Source: an uncultured Candidatus Saccharibacteria bacterium (lineage in GTDB: Bacteria > Patescibacteriota > Minisyncoccia > Phycocordibacterales > PALSA-1337). From it: a stretch of 64,000 bases of DNA. Made by a program: the position numbers and the translations under genes. The notes under the pieces were generated by a model, which was not told the DNA's origin, ran no database searches, and saw only the letters and a program-made list of their open reading frames with translations. Numbering within the stretch: the first letter of the stretch is position 1; every line of letters begins with the position of its first letter. Below, piece by piece: positions 29,376 to 39,388 of this stretch. The stretch lies in the NCBI GenBank assembly GCA_964412585.1, contig CAYPPJ010000004.1, positions 9,825-73,824 of the forward strand. The letters run 5' to 3'.

Positions 29376-29891
29376 TTAGGCTTTGACCTCCTCCATTCCA
29401 TCTTCCAATGGAAGTCCGAGCAATTGATTGACTCGCCGAATCCTCGCCGGCAGCCGCTGCCGCGCGTGCATTTTGGCTTGAGCATCTTGGAACACAGCTT
29501 CGTCGATTTCCATGAGCCCATCAACTCCACCGTAATAATGCAGTCCAGTGTTTGCCCACTGCCATTCTTGTTCCATCTGCTTTTTTTCTTGTCTGAAGAA
29601 ACCATGACCGATTTCAGTCAAAGAAAAAATACGGGCGGAGATCGTGAAGATTTTAACTTCAGTCCCATATTCCTCAGGGATATCAAAGCAAATAAATGTG
29701 GCGTTCCGCGCCGCCACCTGCTTCAGGCAGTCCTCACGCGCAGCTCCAATTAATTGTGCTGCGAGCGCAGAAGGGTGCGCTGCGGGACCTTCCTGAGCAA
29801 CCCCGGTAACTTTCCCAAGGTCAGACAGATATCGACCGAGAGATATTACCTCATATGCAGTAATTTCCAGGACAGTTGTTGTCACACTCAT
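29376..29891 (-). CDS. Hypothetical protein (171 aa)
   Basis: ORF with TTGACA-17-TAATAT promoter (29975-29947), G-rich SD and downstream terminator; no recognised family. Confidence 0.65.
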   Translation of the reverse strand: MSVTTTVLEITAYEVISLGRYLSDLGKVTGVAQEGPAAHPSALAAQLIGAAREDCLKQVAARNATFICFDIPEEYGTEVKIFTISARIFSLTEIGHGFFRQEKKQMEQEWQWANTGLHYYGGVDGLMEIDEAVFQDAQAKMHARQRLPARIRRVNQLLGLPLEDGMEEVKA

Positions 29892-30059
29892 ATTGATTAT
29901 ATGCCCCCTTTCTGTGGGCGCCGCTGTTTAAAAAAACTTCAAATTTATATTAACAGACAAAATAGTGAGTGTCAATACTACTTGATGCAAAACGCAACTA
30001 AAGCAAGGCCCTATCATGGACTTTGTAATTCCCTCCCACACCAGCTATAATCCCTCACT

Positions 30060-30824
30060 ATGAAAGCAAGGCGCCCAGTAAAGCATAAAGTTATCGCTCT
30101 CATCCCTGCTCGTGGCGGTTCAAAAGGGGTACCAAAAAAGAATATCCATCCATTGGCAGGCTATCCATTGCTGGCTTACTCCATTGCAGCCGCAAAGCTC
30201 GCAAAAGGTGTCGAACGTATCATTGTTAGTACTGACAATGAAGAGATTGCTGAGGTTGCAAAAAAATATGGAGCTGAAGTTCCCTTTCTCCGACCGGCCG
30301 AGTTTGCTACTGACAAATCAAAGGATATAGATGTCGTCAAGCATGTACTTGATTGGCTCAAGACACATGAGAATCACCACCCTGATTTTTTGATATACTT
30401 GCGCCCGACAACCCCTCTTCGAGATCCACGACATATCGAAGAAGCAATCAAGCTCATACGCGCATCAAAAACGTCCACATCATTGCGCTCAGGTCACGAG
30501 ATCCGCGAGTCGCCCTACAAACTATTTGGCATCAATGACGGACACTTCGCTGGACTATTTCCGGATGATCCTCGCCCTGAATATTACGACCTACCCCGAC
30601 AAACATTTCCTCCTGTCTATCAGCCAGATGGCTATGTCGACATTCTCGTCACCAGGCACATCACGAGCTCTTCGAGCCTCCACGGTCCACGTATTCGCGC
30701 CTACGCTAGCCCGAATACCGGCGAAATAGATTCAAAAGATGATTTTAGATTCACTGAATACACCCTCGAAAAAAATATCTGGGCGATCTACGAATATCTC
30801 AAGAAACATTTTCCTATCCAGTAA
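30060..30824 (+). CDS. neuA: CMP-nonulosonate cytidylyltransferase 2
   Basis: IPARGGSKGVPKKNI, STDNEEIA, PFLRPAEFA, LRPTTPLR. Confidence 0.9.
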   Translation: MKARRPVKHKVIALIPARGGSKGVPKKNIHPLAGYPLLAYSIAAAKLAKGVERIIVSTDNEEIAEVAKKYGAEVPFLRPAEFATDKSKDIDVVKHVLDWLKTHENHHPDFLIYLRPTTPLRDPRHIEEAIKLIRASKTSTSLRSGHEIRESPYKLFGINDGHFAGLFPDDPRPEYYDLPRQTFPPVYQPDGYVDILVTRHITSSSSLHGPRIRAYASPNTGEIDSKDDFRFTEYTLEKNIWAIYEYLKKHFPIQ

Positions 30825-32070
30825 TACCGAGAGCGTCACGGATGACTCCTGACGCCTCGCGTATAGCTGCGGCAGTAATAGTAAGTGGCGGAGCAATCTT
30901 TATAGAATTTCTGTTGGTGCATACAGGTAATACCCCTTTCATGATGCACTCTTTGACGACACGCGTCGCATCTTCGGTCTTTTCAAAAATAAGGGCCGCG
31001 ATCATGCCTCTGACATTGACCTGACGAACCATCGGCGACTTCTCAAATGACTTCATTTCCTGTTCGAATACCTTCATGGCTTTTTTCTGAGCAGCAACTT
31101 GTTTTGCGCTTGAAAGGAATTCAAGGTTTGCGAGAGCGGAGGCACACGAAACAGCATTACCTGAGTGCGTGCCATGCAAATCAGCTTTTGGATCAATGTT
31201 CATAATCTTTTTGTTGCCCAGAAGCGCCGAGATCGGCAACGATGAAGAAATGCCTTTACCGACAGCGACCAAATCAGGCACGATATCTTTTCCGTAGGTC
31301 ATATAACCATATATCGGTCCGAGGCGATAAAAACCAGACTGTAGTTCATCAAAGCATACGAGTGCGCCATGTTTCTTGGCAAACTTCGAAAGATCATTGA
31401 GGAAACCGTCCGGAAAGAACCATGCACCCCATCCTTGAAATGTTTCTATGACGAACCCTGCAATCTCATTATGCGGAGGCAGAATGCTTGGATCAAACTT
31501 TGCCGTAGGATCATAGGGAAAATCCAAGAAACAGACCGCCTCATCAGTCATACCTGACCATGCAGCCTTCTGTTTGCTCCCGGCGATCAGATCATTACTC
31601 AAACCACGACCATGATATCCACCACCAAAAGTGACGATGTATTTTTTATGTGTCTTGGTGCCATGTAATTTGATCAACTTGTATGCGATATCCACGGCCT
31701 CTGACCCGGAATTGAGTAAGGTGGCACAATCAAAATGTCGCGATGCCGCCAAAAGCTTTTTGAGAAATTGATATTTAATCTTCGTCGGATAGTTGTACGC
31801 AAACAACACGTCAGCATCAACTTGGTCTTTGATGGCCTTTTTTATTTTCGGATTCGAATGTCCCGCGTTTGCCACGAATATACCGGAGGTGAGATCGATG
31901 AACTTATTGCCCTTGTCATCCCACACAGAAAAGTCTACAGCCTTTGCCCAGGTGAGAGGAATGGTGTTGGCAACCGAAACTGGCTCCATATCGGCAATTT
32001 GCTTGTAAAGCTCATTATTTTTCAGTGAAAAATCATCCCGAATCTGTCTGTAAGTAGTTTTTATTTTCAT
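30814..32070 (-). CDS. Class III PLP-dependent aminotransferase
   Basis: WDDKGNKFIDL, NSGSEA, YHGR, FDELQSGFYRLG, PDLVAVGKG, GTHSGN. Confidence 0.9.
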   Translation of the reverse strand: MKIKTTYRQIRDDFSLKNNELYKQIADMEPVSVANTIPLTWAKAVDFSVWDDKGNKFIDLTSGIFVANAGHSNPKIKKAIKDQVDADVLFAYNYPTKIKYQFLKKLLAASRHFDCATLLNSGSEAVDIAYKLIKLHGTKTHKKYIVTFGGGYHGRGLSNDLIAGSKQKAAWSGMTDEAVCFLDFPYDPTAKFDPSILPPHNEIAGFVIETFQGWGAWFFPDGFLNDLSKFAKKHGALVCFDELQSGFYRLGPIYGYMTYGKDIVPDLVAVGKGISSSLPISALLGNKKIMNIDPKADLHGTHSGNAVSCASALANLEFLSSAKQVAAQKKAMKVFEQEMKSFEKSPMVRQVNVRGMIAALIFEKTEDATRVVKECIMKGVLPVCTNRNSIKIAPPLTITAAAIREASGVIRDALGITG

Positions 32071-32150
32071 GCAAAAGTAAGCATACATGAGAACGAAACC
32101 CCTCGCAAGGATTCATTTACACCCCTCTCGATATACTATAGTATATCGAC

Positions 32151-33095
32151 ATGAATATGACCTACACCACGCTTGGCCGGACAGGACTCAAGGTTTCCCG
32201 CATCGGACTGGGGACCGCTGAAATAGGTTTCTCGTATGGTATTGGTGAGAGGCCACTTCCCTCTGAAGCTGAAGCGATCGATCTTCTCAAGAAATCGGTT
32301 GATCTCGGTATTACTTTTTTTGATACAGCAAGCTATTACGGTGTGGCAGAAGAACGCATCGGCAAGTCAGGAATCCTGAAAAATCCCGATATTATTGTCG
32401 AAACAAAATGCGCACAGTTCCTTGAAAAAGGCGAAAAATACGCACTGCCCGAGCTTACAGAAAAAATAACAGTGCAAGTAGATGAAAGCTTGAAAAAACT
32501 GCGAATTGATTCCCTACCTATCCTCATGTTGCACGGGCCAAGTGTTGAAGATATTAACCGTGGCGAACTTACGGGAATATTAAAAGACCTCAAACAAGCA
32601 GGTAAAATCCGCTTCACAGGAGTTTCAACTCGCGGTGAAGAGTCGCCGCTTGCAGCTATTAATTCAGGCTTCTTCGATGTTATACAAGTAGCCTACAATA
32701 TTCCTGACCAACGCATGGAACCAAAAGTATTTCCGACGGCACAAAAAGCTGGTGTTGGCATCATAAATAGATCAGTACTCCTCAAAGGGTCACTGACTGC
32801 ACTCAGAACAAAATTACCAGCCGGCCTCGAAGGCTTGCAACAGACTGTTGATGAAATTGAAGCGATTGCTCGTGAAATCGGCACCGACCTGCCTACACTA
32901 GCGATTCGTTTTGCGCTCAATAATCCATGTATTTCATCATCATTGATTGGCACCAATAAACTTGGTAATGTTGAAAAAGCGATTCGTGCCCTCGAAGCAG
33001 GCCCGTTACCACCAGAGATCGCTGCCAGACTACACAAAGTTGCCCTTAATACACCTAACCAAGTCGATCCTGCCCAATGGCCAAAACTACAATGA
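32151..33095 (+). CDS. Aldo/keto reductase
   Basis: LGRTGLKVSRIGLGT, FDTASYYG, LMLH, GVS, QVAYN. Confidence 0.92.
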   Translation: MNMTYTTLGRTGLKVSRIGLGTAEIGFSYGIGERPLPSEAEAIDLLKKSVDLGITFFDTASYYGVAEERIGKSGILKNPDIIVETKCAQFLEKGEKYALPELTEKITVQVDESLKKLRIDSLPILMLHGPSVEDINRGELTGILKDLKQAGKIRFTGVSTRGEESPLAAINSGFFDVIQVAYNIPDQRMEPKVFPTAQKAGVGIINRSVLLKGSLTALRTKLPAGLEGLQQTVDEIEAIAREIGTDLPTLAIRFALNNPCISSSLIGTNKLGNVEKAIRALEAGPLPPEIAARLHKVALNTPNQVDPAQWPKLQ

Positions 33096-34036
33096 ACTGC
33101 CCCATCTGCAACAAACCATCACCAAAAGTGATAGCTGACACTCTGCGAACTGGAGAAAAAAGAAAAGTCTTTTTGTGTACACGCTGTGATGTGGGCATTC
33201 TCGATGCCCACATCAGTGCCGCTGATCTCAAGAAATATTACGCCAGCGAGTACAGAAAAATCGGCAGGCCCAAGCTCGCGGCCACATCTGAGACTGATGA
33301 ACTTTTTTCAATTTATTCACGATTTCAGGATGACCGGCTTCGCCTACTCAAACCATACCTCACCAAGAACACAAAACTCCTTGAAGTCGGCTGCTCAGCT
33401 GGCATGTTTCTCTATCATGTAAAACCTCTGGTCAAAGAAATAGTCGGTATCGATTTTGACCTTGCTTCAGCAGCGTATGCGGCAAAAAAATGCCACTGCA
33501 AAGTCTATACCACCGACATCAAAGAAACTCCTCTTAAGAAGAAATATTTTGACGTGATTGTTGCCTTTCAGACACTGGAACATGTGAGTGATCCAAAAGC
33601 ATTTATCGCTGGTCTTGAAGAATATCTCGCTCCAGGAGGTGTCATCGCCATCGAAGTGCCAAACCTCAATGATGCCTTGGCACACGTGTACAACCTACCT
33701 CGTCATTATCAATTTTTCTATCACAAATCCCATCTCTGGTATTTTACCGAGAAGAGCCTTGAAAAAGTCATGGCTTCGTCCGGTTTCAAAGGAAAGACAT
33801 TTCATACGCAGGACTACAACATCATGAACCACATGAACTGGATTGTGAATGATGCGCCACAAGGCACGCCACTTGCCGGACTATCGGCACCTGTTCTGCC
33901 TATTCGAACAAATGCATCACCACAAATCACAAAGACGCTTGATACATTCATCAAGCGCATGGATATTGAATACAAAAAAACACTTGCCGATCTGAAGATT
34001 ACCTCAAATATTATCTTCATTGGAAAAAAGAAATAA
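33092..34036 (+). CDS. Class I SAM-dependent methyltransferase with N-terminal Zn motif
   Basis: CPIC...CTRC, LLEVGCSAG, QTLEHV, IEVPN; ATGA overlap with the AKR gene. Confidence 0.88.
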   Translation: MNCPICNKPSPKVIADTLRTGEKRKVFLCTRCDVGILDAHISAADLKKYYASEYRKIGRPKLAATSETDELFSIYSRFQDDRLRLLKPYLTKNTKLLEVGCSAGMFLYHVKPLVKEIVGIDFDLASAAYAAKKCHCKVYTTDIKETPLKKKYFDVIVAFQTLEHVSDPKAFIAGLEEYLAPGGVIAIEVPNLNDALAHVYNLPRHYQFFYHKSHLWYFTEKSLEKVMASSGFKGKTFHTQDYNIMNHMNWIVNDAPQGTPLAGLSAPVLPIRTNASPQITKTLDTFIKRMDIEYKKTLADLKITSNIIFIGKKK

Positions 34037-34112
34037 TTTGACACTTCCAAATTTTACTGTTAGATTGTGACCAGTTTTACAACGCAATAATTGCACAAAA
34101 ACCTAACTGAAT

Positions 34113-34655
34113 ATGAGCGCAACGTTACAACCGACGGTCATCATACCGATGCTCGAGCGGAGACTCAAGCTGATCAAACTCTTTGCCACAGACTTTGACG
34201 GGATCCACACAGATGGCACCGTCCTCGTTGATGAGCATGGAACCGAGAGCGTCCGCTGCAGCCGCAAGGATGGCCTCGGGTATGCCATGCTAGCCAAAGC
34301 AGGTATCCACGCCTGTGTCATCTCCAAGGAGAAAAATCAGGTGGTGTTGAGGCGCTGTGAAAAACTCGGTATTCCCTGCTTCAACATGGTCCATGACGGC
34401 CAGGGCAAGCGAGAAATCCTCAAGCGTGTCTCAGAAGATCTGGGGCTCCGGCCAGAACATGTCCTCTACATGGGCGATGACCTCAACGACCTCGAGGCTC
34501 TCAAATTTGCTGGGGTATCTGTCAGCGTACGTGATGGGCACCCGTCCATCTTGGAGACAGTGGATATTATCACGCACCGAGCAGGAGGTGACCATGCCGT
34601 TCGAGAGGTCTGCGAACTCCTCATGGTCGCACGGGGCCGGTCGCTCAAATTCTGA
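34113..34655 (+). CDS. KdsC/YrbI-family HAD phosphatase (Kdo8P/Kdn9P-type)
   Basis: TDFDGIHTDG, SRKDGLG, YMGDDLND, GGDHAVREVCE. Own TTGACA-17-TAGATT promoter (34038-34066). Confidence 0.9.
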   Translation: MSATLQPTVIIPMLERRLKLIKLFATDFDGIHTDGTVLVDEHGTESVRCSRKDGLGYAMLAKAGIHACVISKEKNQVVLRRCEKLGIPCFNMVHDGQGKREILKRVSEDLGLRPEHVLYMGDDLNDLEALKFAGVSVSVRDGHPSILETVDIITHRAGGDHAVREVCELLMVARGRSLKF

Positions 34656-34671
34656 TTCGGCTTCTGCCGCC

Positions 34672-34700
34672 AAAACGCCAAGGCTGTCCTTGGCGTTTTT
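34672..34700. terminator. Bidirectional intrinsic terminator
   Basis: AAAACGCCAAGG-CTGT-CCTTGGCGTTTT. Confidence 0.8.
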
Positions 34701-34711
34701 TATATTTAGTA

Positions 34712-35539
34712 TTACCAGGCAGTCTTTCCTCCATCAACCACAAGATTGTGCCCTGTCATGAACCGTGAAGCGTCCGAGCTCAAAAAGATGATAGGACCGA
34801 TATAATCCTCCGGCGTTGCCATACGGCCAAACATGGTCATGTCGCCATAACGTTTTACAAAAGCTTTGTCCTGAGCGGGTGTTTGAACTCCTGTTGGAGA
34901 AAATGTATTAATGCGTACATTGTACATGCCGAGGCGGGCCGCCCACTGTCTCGTAAAGCCAAGCAGAGCGGATTTGGTTGTTGAATATGCTATTGATTTG
35001 AAACGTTTTCCTGCTGGGTCATTATACACACGATGGTCATGGGCAATAACAGATACGTCTGAGCCGATATTGATGACCGAACCCGATCGTTGTTTGATCA
35101 TGTGTTTGGCAACAGATTTCGTGCACAACATTGTTCCGGTAAGATTTACGCGTAGTTCCTTCTCCCACAAATCAATCGGATATTCTTCGTAGGGAGCAAA
35201 TTGAGAAGCTGAATCAGCACTGCCGACTGCCGGATTGAGAGCGGCGTTGTTGATAAGCACATCTATTTTTTTGTGTTTTTTGATGATAGCTCGCACAGCA
35301 TGCTGAACGCTTTTTTCATCAGTAATATCAACCTTCTCGACCTCAGCCTTGACGCCGTTCTTTTTTAATATGTTTCGAGCCTGCTCCATACCGTGCTCAT
35401 CTTTTGCATCCCATAGGACTGGATACGCTCCAGCTTTACCCAACGCAATAGCATACGTCAGCCCCAAAAAACCCGCGCCACCGGTAATGATGATGACCTT
35501 ACCTTGTACTGAAAAAACATCTTCGTTGGTCTTTTTCAT
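34712..35539 (-). CDS. SDR oxidoreductase (PtmA-like)
   Basis: TGGAGFLG, INNAA, YSTTK, TGHNLVVDGG; ATG at 35539. Confidence 0.88.
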   Translation of the reverse strand: MKKTNEDVFSVQGKVIIITGGAGFLGLTYAIALGKAGAYPVLWDAKDEHGMEQARNILKKNGVKAEVEKVDITDEKSVQHAVRAIIKKHKKIDVLINNAALNPAVGSADSASQFAPYEEYPIDLWEKELRVNLTGTMLCTKSVAKHMIKQRSGSVINIGSDVSVIAHDHRVYNDPAGKRFKSIAYSTTKSALLGFTRQWAARLGMYNVRINTFSPTGVQTPAQDKAFVKRYGDMTMFGRMATPEDYIGPIIFLSSDASRFMTGHNLVVDGGKTAW

Positions 35540-36351
35540 AGTGATGAAAGGGTTGAAATAATAAACTGTAATTGATTCTGGGCATCTCGAAGATAGTCCT
35601 CCCCGCGCCATGCTTGAATAGTCAAGACACCTTTGTATCCTATAGCTTTCAATGCCGTAAAACAACCCTTGAAATCGGCATCGCCGGTACCAAGAAGCAT
35701 CGACTGAGTTTTGCCGATCTTGCGATCCTTCACGTGAACTTCAAAAATACGTGCACCAAGAGTCTTGATATCGTTGGGACAATCGAATCCGTACGATGTA
35801 CAGTTTCCGATATCATAAGAAACACCGATATTTTTTTCAGCACATGAATCAATGTATGCAGCGAGTTCACCTGCAGGCATCTCTGTCTCCAATGCAATTT
35901 TCAAACCATGCTCTTTGGCAACAGCGGCAATCGTTGAAATCGATTGGTGCGCCTCAGTTTTTTCATCTGAGGTCGCTGGCGCCTGGTCTTCCAGCAAAGG
36001 TACGGAGAGTGTCTTGGTCGATAGATGAGGTGTCACCAATGGTATAAATGTCTTGAAAGCCTGTATCGAAGCCACTGCCTCCAGACCAAACAATTTGTAC
36101 CTGCCACAATCAACTGAACTAACTGGTACTTGCTGAGAAGCTATCTCAATCCGTGACACCGCCTCAGGTCGACCCCACACATCTCTGATCGGATCAAATC
36201 CCTTGATGTCGCGGTCAAGAAACCATTCGATAGCATTGAATCCAAGTTTTTTGGCGAGGGCAAATTCAGCTTCCCACTGTTCAGGAAAAAACTGAAGCCG
36301 ACCACCTTGCGGCGCAGAAAGTCGCCCCTGCATTATCGCGATATGGTTCAT
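35536..36351 (-). CDS. Sugar-phosphate isomerase/epimerase (xylose-isomerase-like TIM barrel, UlaE-like)
   Basis: IMQGRLS, IALET, YDIGN, VHVKD, LGTGDADF. Confidence 0.85.
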   Translation of the reverse strand: MNHIAIMQGRLSAPQGGRLQFFPEQWEAEFALAKKLGFNAIEWFLDRDIKGFDPIRDVWGRPEAVSRIEIASQQVPVSSVDCGRYKLFGLEAVASIQAFKTFIPLVTPHLSTKTLSVPLLEDQAPATSDEKTEAHQSISTIAAVAKEHGLKIALETEMPAGELAAYIDSCAEKNIGVSYDIGNCTSYGFDCPNDIKTLGARIFEVHVKDRKIGKTQSMLLGTGDADFKGCFTALKAIGYKGVLTIQAWRGEDYLRDAQNQLQFIISTLSSL

Positions 36352-37763
36352 GGTGTATGAGTCGAACGCTTTGGCATAAATCTCCCGAGAGCCTTTCTCA
36401 CATCAGAAAAGAAATTCCTCAGAAACTCTTTATCCACATCATCATAACTGGTCAGGTACTTCCAGTTCAAGCTCACATCGAGCTTTGACCGCACCATGTA
36501 TATATAGATGATGGTAAATAAAATCAAAGACAGAAGGATAGCCTGTGCAACAAGTCCCCACAGTCCAAATACGGGAATAAGCAGTGCGTACAAGACTATG
36601 CCGATGAGGCCTTTCATCAGCTTTTGGAACAACAAAAATCCTTGTCGACGGTATACCACCAAGAACACTCCCGCGACAGCGGATGCGGCGGTGATTGGCA
36701 AGGTCAATAATAGAACGTCAAAATACGGGAGTGACGCGATATATTTCGGAAAGAATATGTGGACAAAAGGTTGTGCGGCAACAAGACCGATAATACCAAC
36801 AGCAATCGAAAACAATATCAGATACTTTGTGCCGACATTGTAAATTTTCTGTAATTTTTCTTTTTCGGCGATATGAAGCGGTATAAGTACTGACAATGTA
36901 TTGACTGGCATAAAGTTTGCCAGTGTTCCCAACATCGTCTGAGCTACCGAGAAGATTGCCACCGCCTCGGTACTGATCAAGAACTTCGTCATCCATACTT
37001 GGACAAAATCAACAATTTTTGCAGCCACCGGACGCAAGAGTTCCCACTTTCCGTATGAGGAAAGAAGTTTCCATATCATCAAGTCTCCCGAAACAGGATG
37101 CGCACGCCAGAGCTTGTAGTAACTCCTCATGACCGGAACAAGCATGAATACAATCGACACATATGACGAAACGACGAGCGAGAGAATAACTTCCTTGAGG
37201 CCGACTGTCGCAAAAAAGTAGAACCACGCTATGATGGCCAACTGAATAAAGCGACTTATTGAAGACCTACTTGCTATCAAACTAAACTTTTTCTCCGCCT
37301 CTAATGCCAAGCGCAATGACGGCAACAGAGCGTCATGAAGGAACAAAAATGAAATAATTTTGATGTAGGCGATAAACTCAGAGTTATATGCCGAAAAGAA
37401 GTAAGGGGCTCCAAAAAATATAGCCGCCCATAAGATAATACCGATACCTATACGCACAAGTGTTGATTCATAAAAAAGTCGCTTGGCATGAGGTATGTCC
37501 TGCTCGCCAACGTAGCGTAAGATATCGTTCCTCATCGTCTCCCCTCCAAGTCCCATAAAAACCGCAATACCTGAGAATGACGACAAGATCAGTTGAAACA
37601 CACCATACTGATACACGGTAAGTTTCGACAACACAATCAGAGTATTGAAGAAACCGACGCCACGAGAAATGATGTTCCAAAAGCCAAAAAAGAACTCTCC
37701 TTTGAGGTACGTCTTGTAAAACGGCTTGGGAGTTATAGGCTTTGCGGGCGTTGGTGTTTCCAT
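36348..37763 (-). CDS. wzx: Oligosaccharide flippase (Wzx/MOP family)
   Basis: About 12-14 TMs; LTVYQYGVF, LIPVFGLWG; located in the glycan locus. Confidence 0.8.
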   Translation of the reverse strand: METPTPAKPITPKPFYKTYLKGEFFFGFWNIISRGVGFFNTLIVLSKLTVYQYGVFQLILSSFSGIAVFMGLGGETMRNDILRYVGEQDIPHAKRLFYESTLVRIGIGIILWAAIFFGAPYFFSAYNSEFIAYIKIISFLFLHDALLPSLRLALEAEKKFSLIASRSSISRFIQLAIIAWFYFFATVGLKEVILSLVVSSYVSIVFMLVPVMRSYYKLWRAHPVSGDLMIWKLLSSYGKWELLRPVAAKIVDFVQVWMTKFLISTEAVAIFSVAQTMLGTLANFMPVNTLSVLIPLHIAEKEKLQKIYNVGTKYLILFSIAVGIIGLVAAQPFVHIFFPKYIASLPYFDVLLLTLPITAASAVAGVFLVVYRRQGFLLFQKLMKGLIGIVLYALLIPVFGLWGLVAQAILLSLILFTIIYIYMVRSKLDVSLNWKYLTSYDDVDKEFLRNFFSDVRKALGRFMPKRSTHTP

Positions 37764-37868
37764 CGAGGTTACGGGGCCTGTAAGATATGACTGTACCTCA
37801 TTTTTAATGAAATTTCTAGTGCCCTATTTCATTGCAAAAAAGACCCAATGAACTAGAATAAGGACATT

Positions 37869-38750
37869 ATGGCAACCACATTAACCATCGTTACACCTGT
37901 ATATAACGGCGCAAAGTTCATGCGTCAGACCATTGAGAGTATCCTCTCGCAAAAAGGCAATTTTTATATTGATTACATCATTATCGACGATGGATCTACG
38001 GACAACAGTCTTGAAATTATGAAAGAATATGCGAACCTAGTCCAAACCAAACAATGGAAAACCGAGTGTCTCGGTATTGAGATGCGCTACGAAACAGGCC
38101 CAAATAGAGGCCAGAGTCGCGCGTACAACAGAGGCTTCAGTATAGCCAAGGGACAAGTGTGCGCATGGATGAACGCCGACGACTATTATATGCCTGACAT
38201 ATTCGAACAGGTCGCGCAGCTCTATGAAAAAGACCCCTCTATCGATTTCATCTACGGTGATTGTTTGAAAGTATATGAAGATGGCACCAAAAAATCTTCC
38301 ACTGAGCCAAGACCTCGGCCCGATGAGACTTTTGAGAGCCTCCGTACTCGTGGCAATTCATTTGATTTGTGCTTCTTTTCAAAACGAATATACGATATGG
38401 TCGGGCCCCTCGATGAAACACTGAAATACTGCATGGATCTTGATTTCTGGTTCAAGGTCATGGCCGCAGGAAAAGTCGCCTACCTGCCGCAAACCATCGC
38501 AGCATTTCGACTGTGGAGCGGATCAAATACTGTGACAAAACAAGCCGGCTTTGATCGAGAACGCAAGATTATCGCGCGACGCTACGGTGGCACTATTATA
38601 CCGGCAAAAAAGATCTATGCGCTCCGTGGAAATCTGAAGTTCCTAAACACAATAAAAAGACAGTTTCCCGCCCCATACGAAAAAACTAAGAAGTTGTTCT
38701 ACAAAATTGTCGGAAAATTTAGCTACGGCAAGTCGCGTCATACAAAATAA
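37869..38750 (+). CDS. Glycosyltransferase family 2
   Basis: IVTPVYN, IDDGSTD, WMNADD, MDLDFW. Confidence 0.92.
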   Translation: MATTLTIVTPVYNGAKFMRQTIESILSQKGNFYIDYIIIDDGSTDNSLEIMKEYANLVQTKQWKTECLGIEMRYETGPNRGQSRAYNRGFSIAKGQVCAWMNADDYYMPDIFEQVAQLYEKDPSIDFIYGDCLKVYEDGTKKSSTEPRPRPDETFESLRTRGNSFDLCFFSKRIYDMVGPLDETLKYCMDLDFWFKVMAAGKVAYLPQTIAAFRLWSGSNTVTKQAGFDRERKIIARRYGGTIIPAKKIYALRGNLKFLNTIKRQFPAPYEKTKKLFYKIVGKFSYGKSRHTK

Positions 38751-38754
38751 AACA

Positions 38755-38778
38755 CGCCGCTCACGAGGGTGAGCGGCG
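38755..38778. terminator. Terminator hairpin between convergent genes
   Basis: CGCCGCTCAC-GAGG-GTGAGCGGCG, with a T-rich tail on the minus strand. Confidence 0.7.
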
Positions 38779-38797
38779 CCGTACCAGGTCCAGACCT

Positions 38798-39295
38798 TCA
38801 GCGATGATTGATTGCGAACAGGAGGACGAGCAGCCGTGTCGCATCGTCGTACCAGCGGGAATCGCTGATTCCTGTCACCGCCTCGGCGACAGGTAGCTTC
38901 ACCAGTTCGCATGTCCCTTGGTGAGTACTCTTCCACTTACCAGGGCCGCACAGATACAGCTTGATGGGCACCTTGACGACGTCACCATAGCCATAGGTCT
39001 TACTGACTTGGACGAACTCCGTCGCTGCCACACCAGCCTTTGCGGCCAAGTTCCGAGCAATGCATTGCTCATGAGTTTCATCTTCACGGAGGTAGCCTCC
39101 AATGCTTATCAAAAACTCCGACCCTCCCGTGTCCTCGCGCGACTGTCTGATGAGGTACACATTGTTACATTCATCATACAAGAGAACGCAAGCGGCGGGT
39201 GCAGTAGCCATTGTCAGGTACTCTGCAGCACCAACGGTTTTCTTGATCACGGTAGCCCATTTACTCTGGGCCAACGTCTCATTTCTTTCGCTCAT
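38798..39295 (-). CDS. Degenerate NUDIX (ADP-ribose pyrophosphatase-like) protein
   Basis: VYLIRQSR and GGYLREDETHEQCIARNLAAKAG; the catalytic Nudix glutamates are missing. Own TTGACA-17-TATAGT promoter (39378-39350). Confidence 0.65.
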   Translation of the reverse strand: MSERNETLAQSKWATVIKKTVGAAEYLTMATAPAACVLLYDECNNVYLIRQSREDTGGSEFLISIGGYLREDETHEQCIARNLAAKAGVAATEFVQVSKTYGYGDVVKVPIKLYLCGPGKWKSTHQGTCELVKLPVAEAVTGISDSRWYDDATRLLVLLFAINHR

Positions 39296-39388
39296 AATTT
39301 GCTTTTCCTTGTCTATAATTTGGTTTTTCTACACACTAAATCAGACCATACTATAGCACCAAGTATGAATACTGTCAATACCAGTAAC

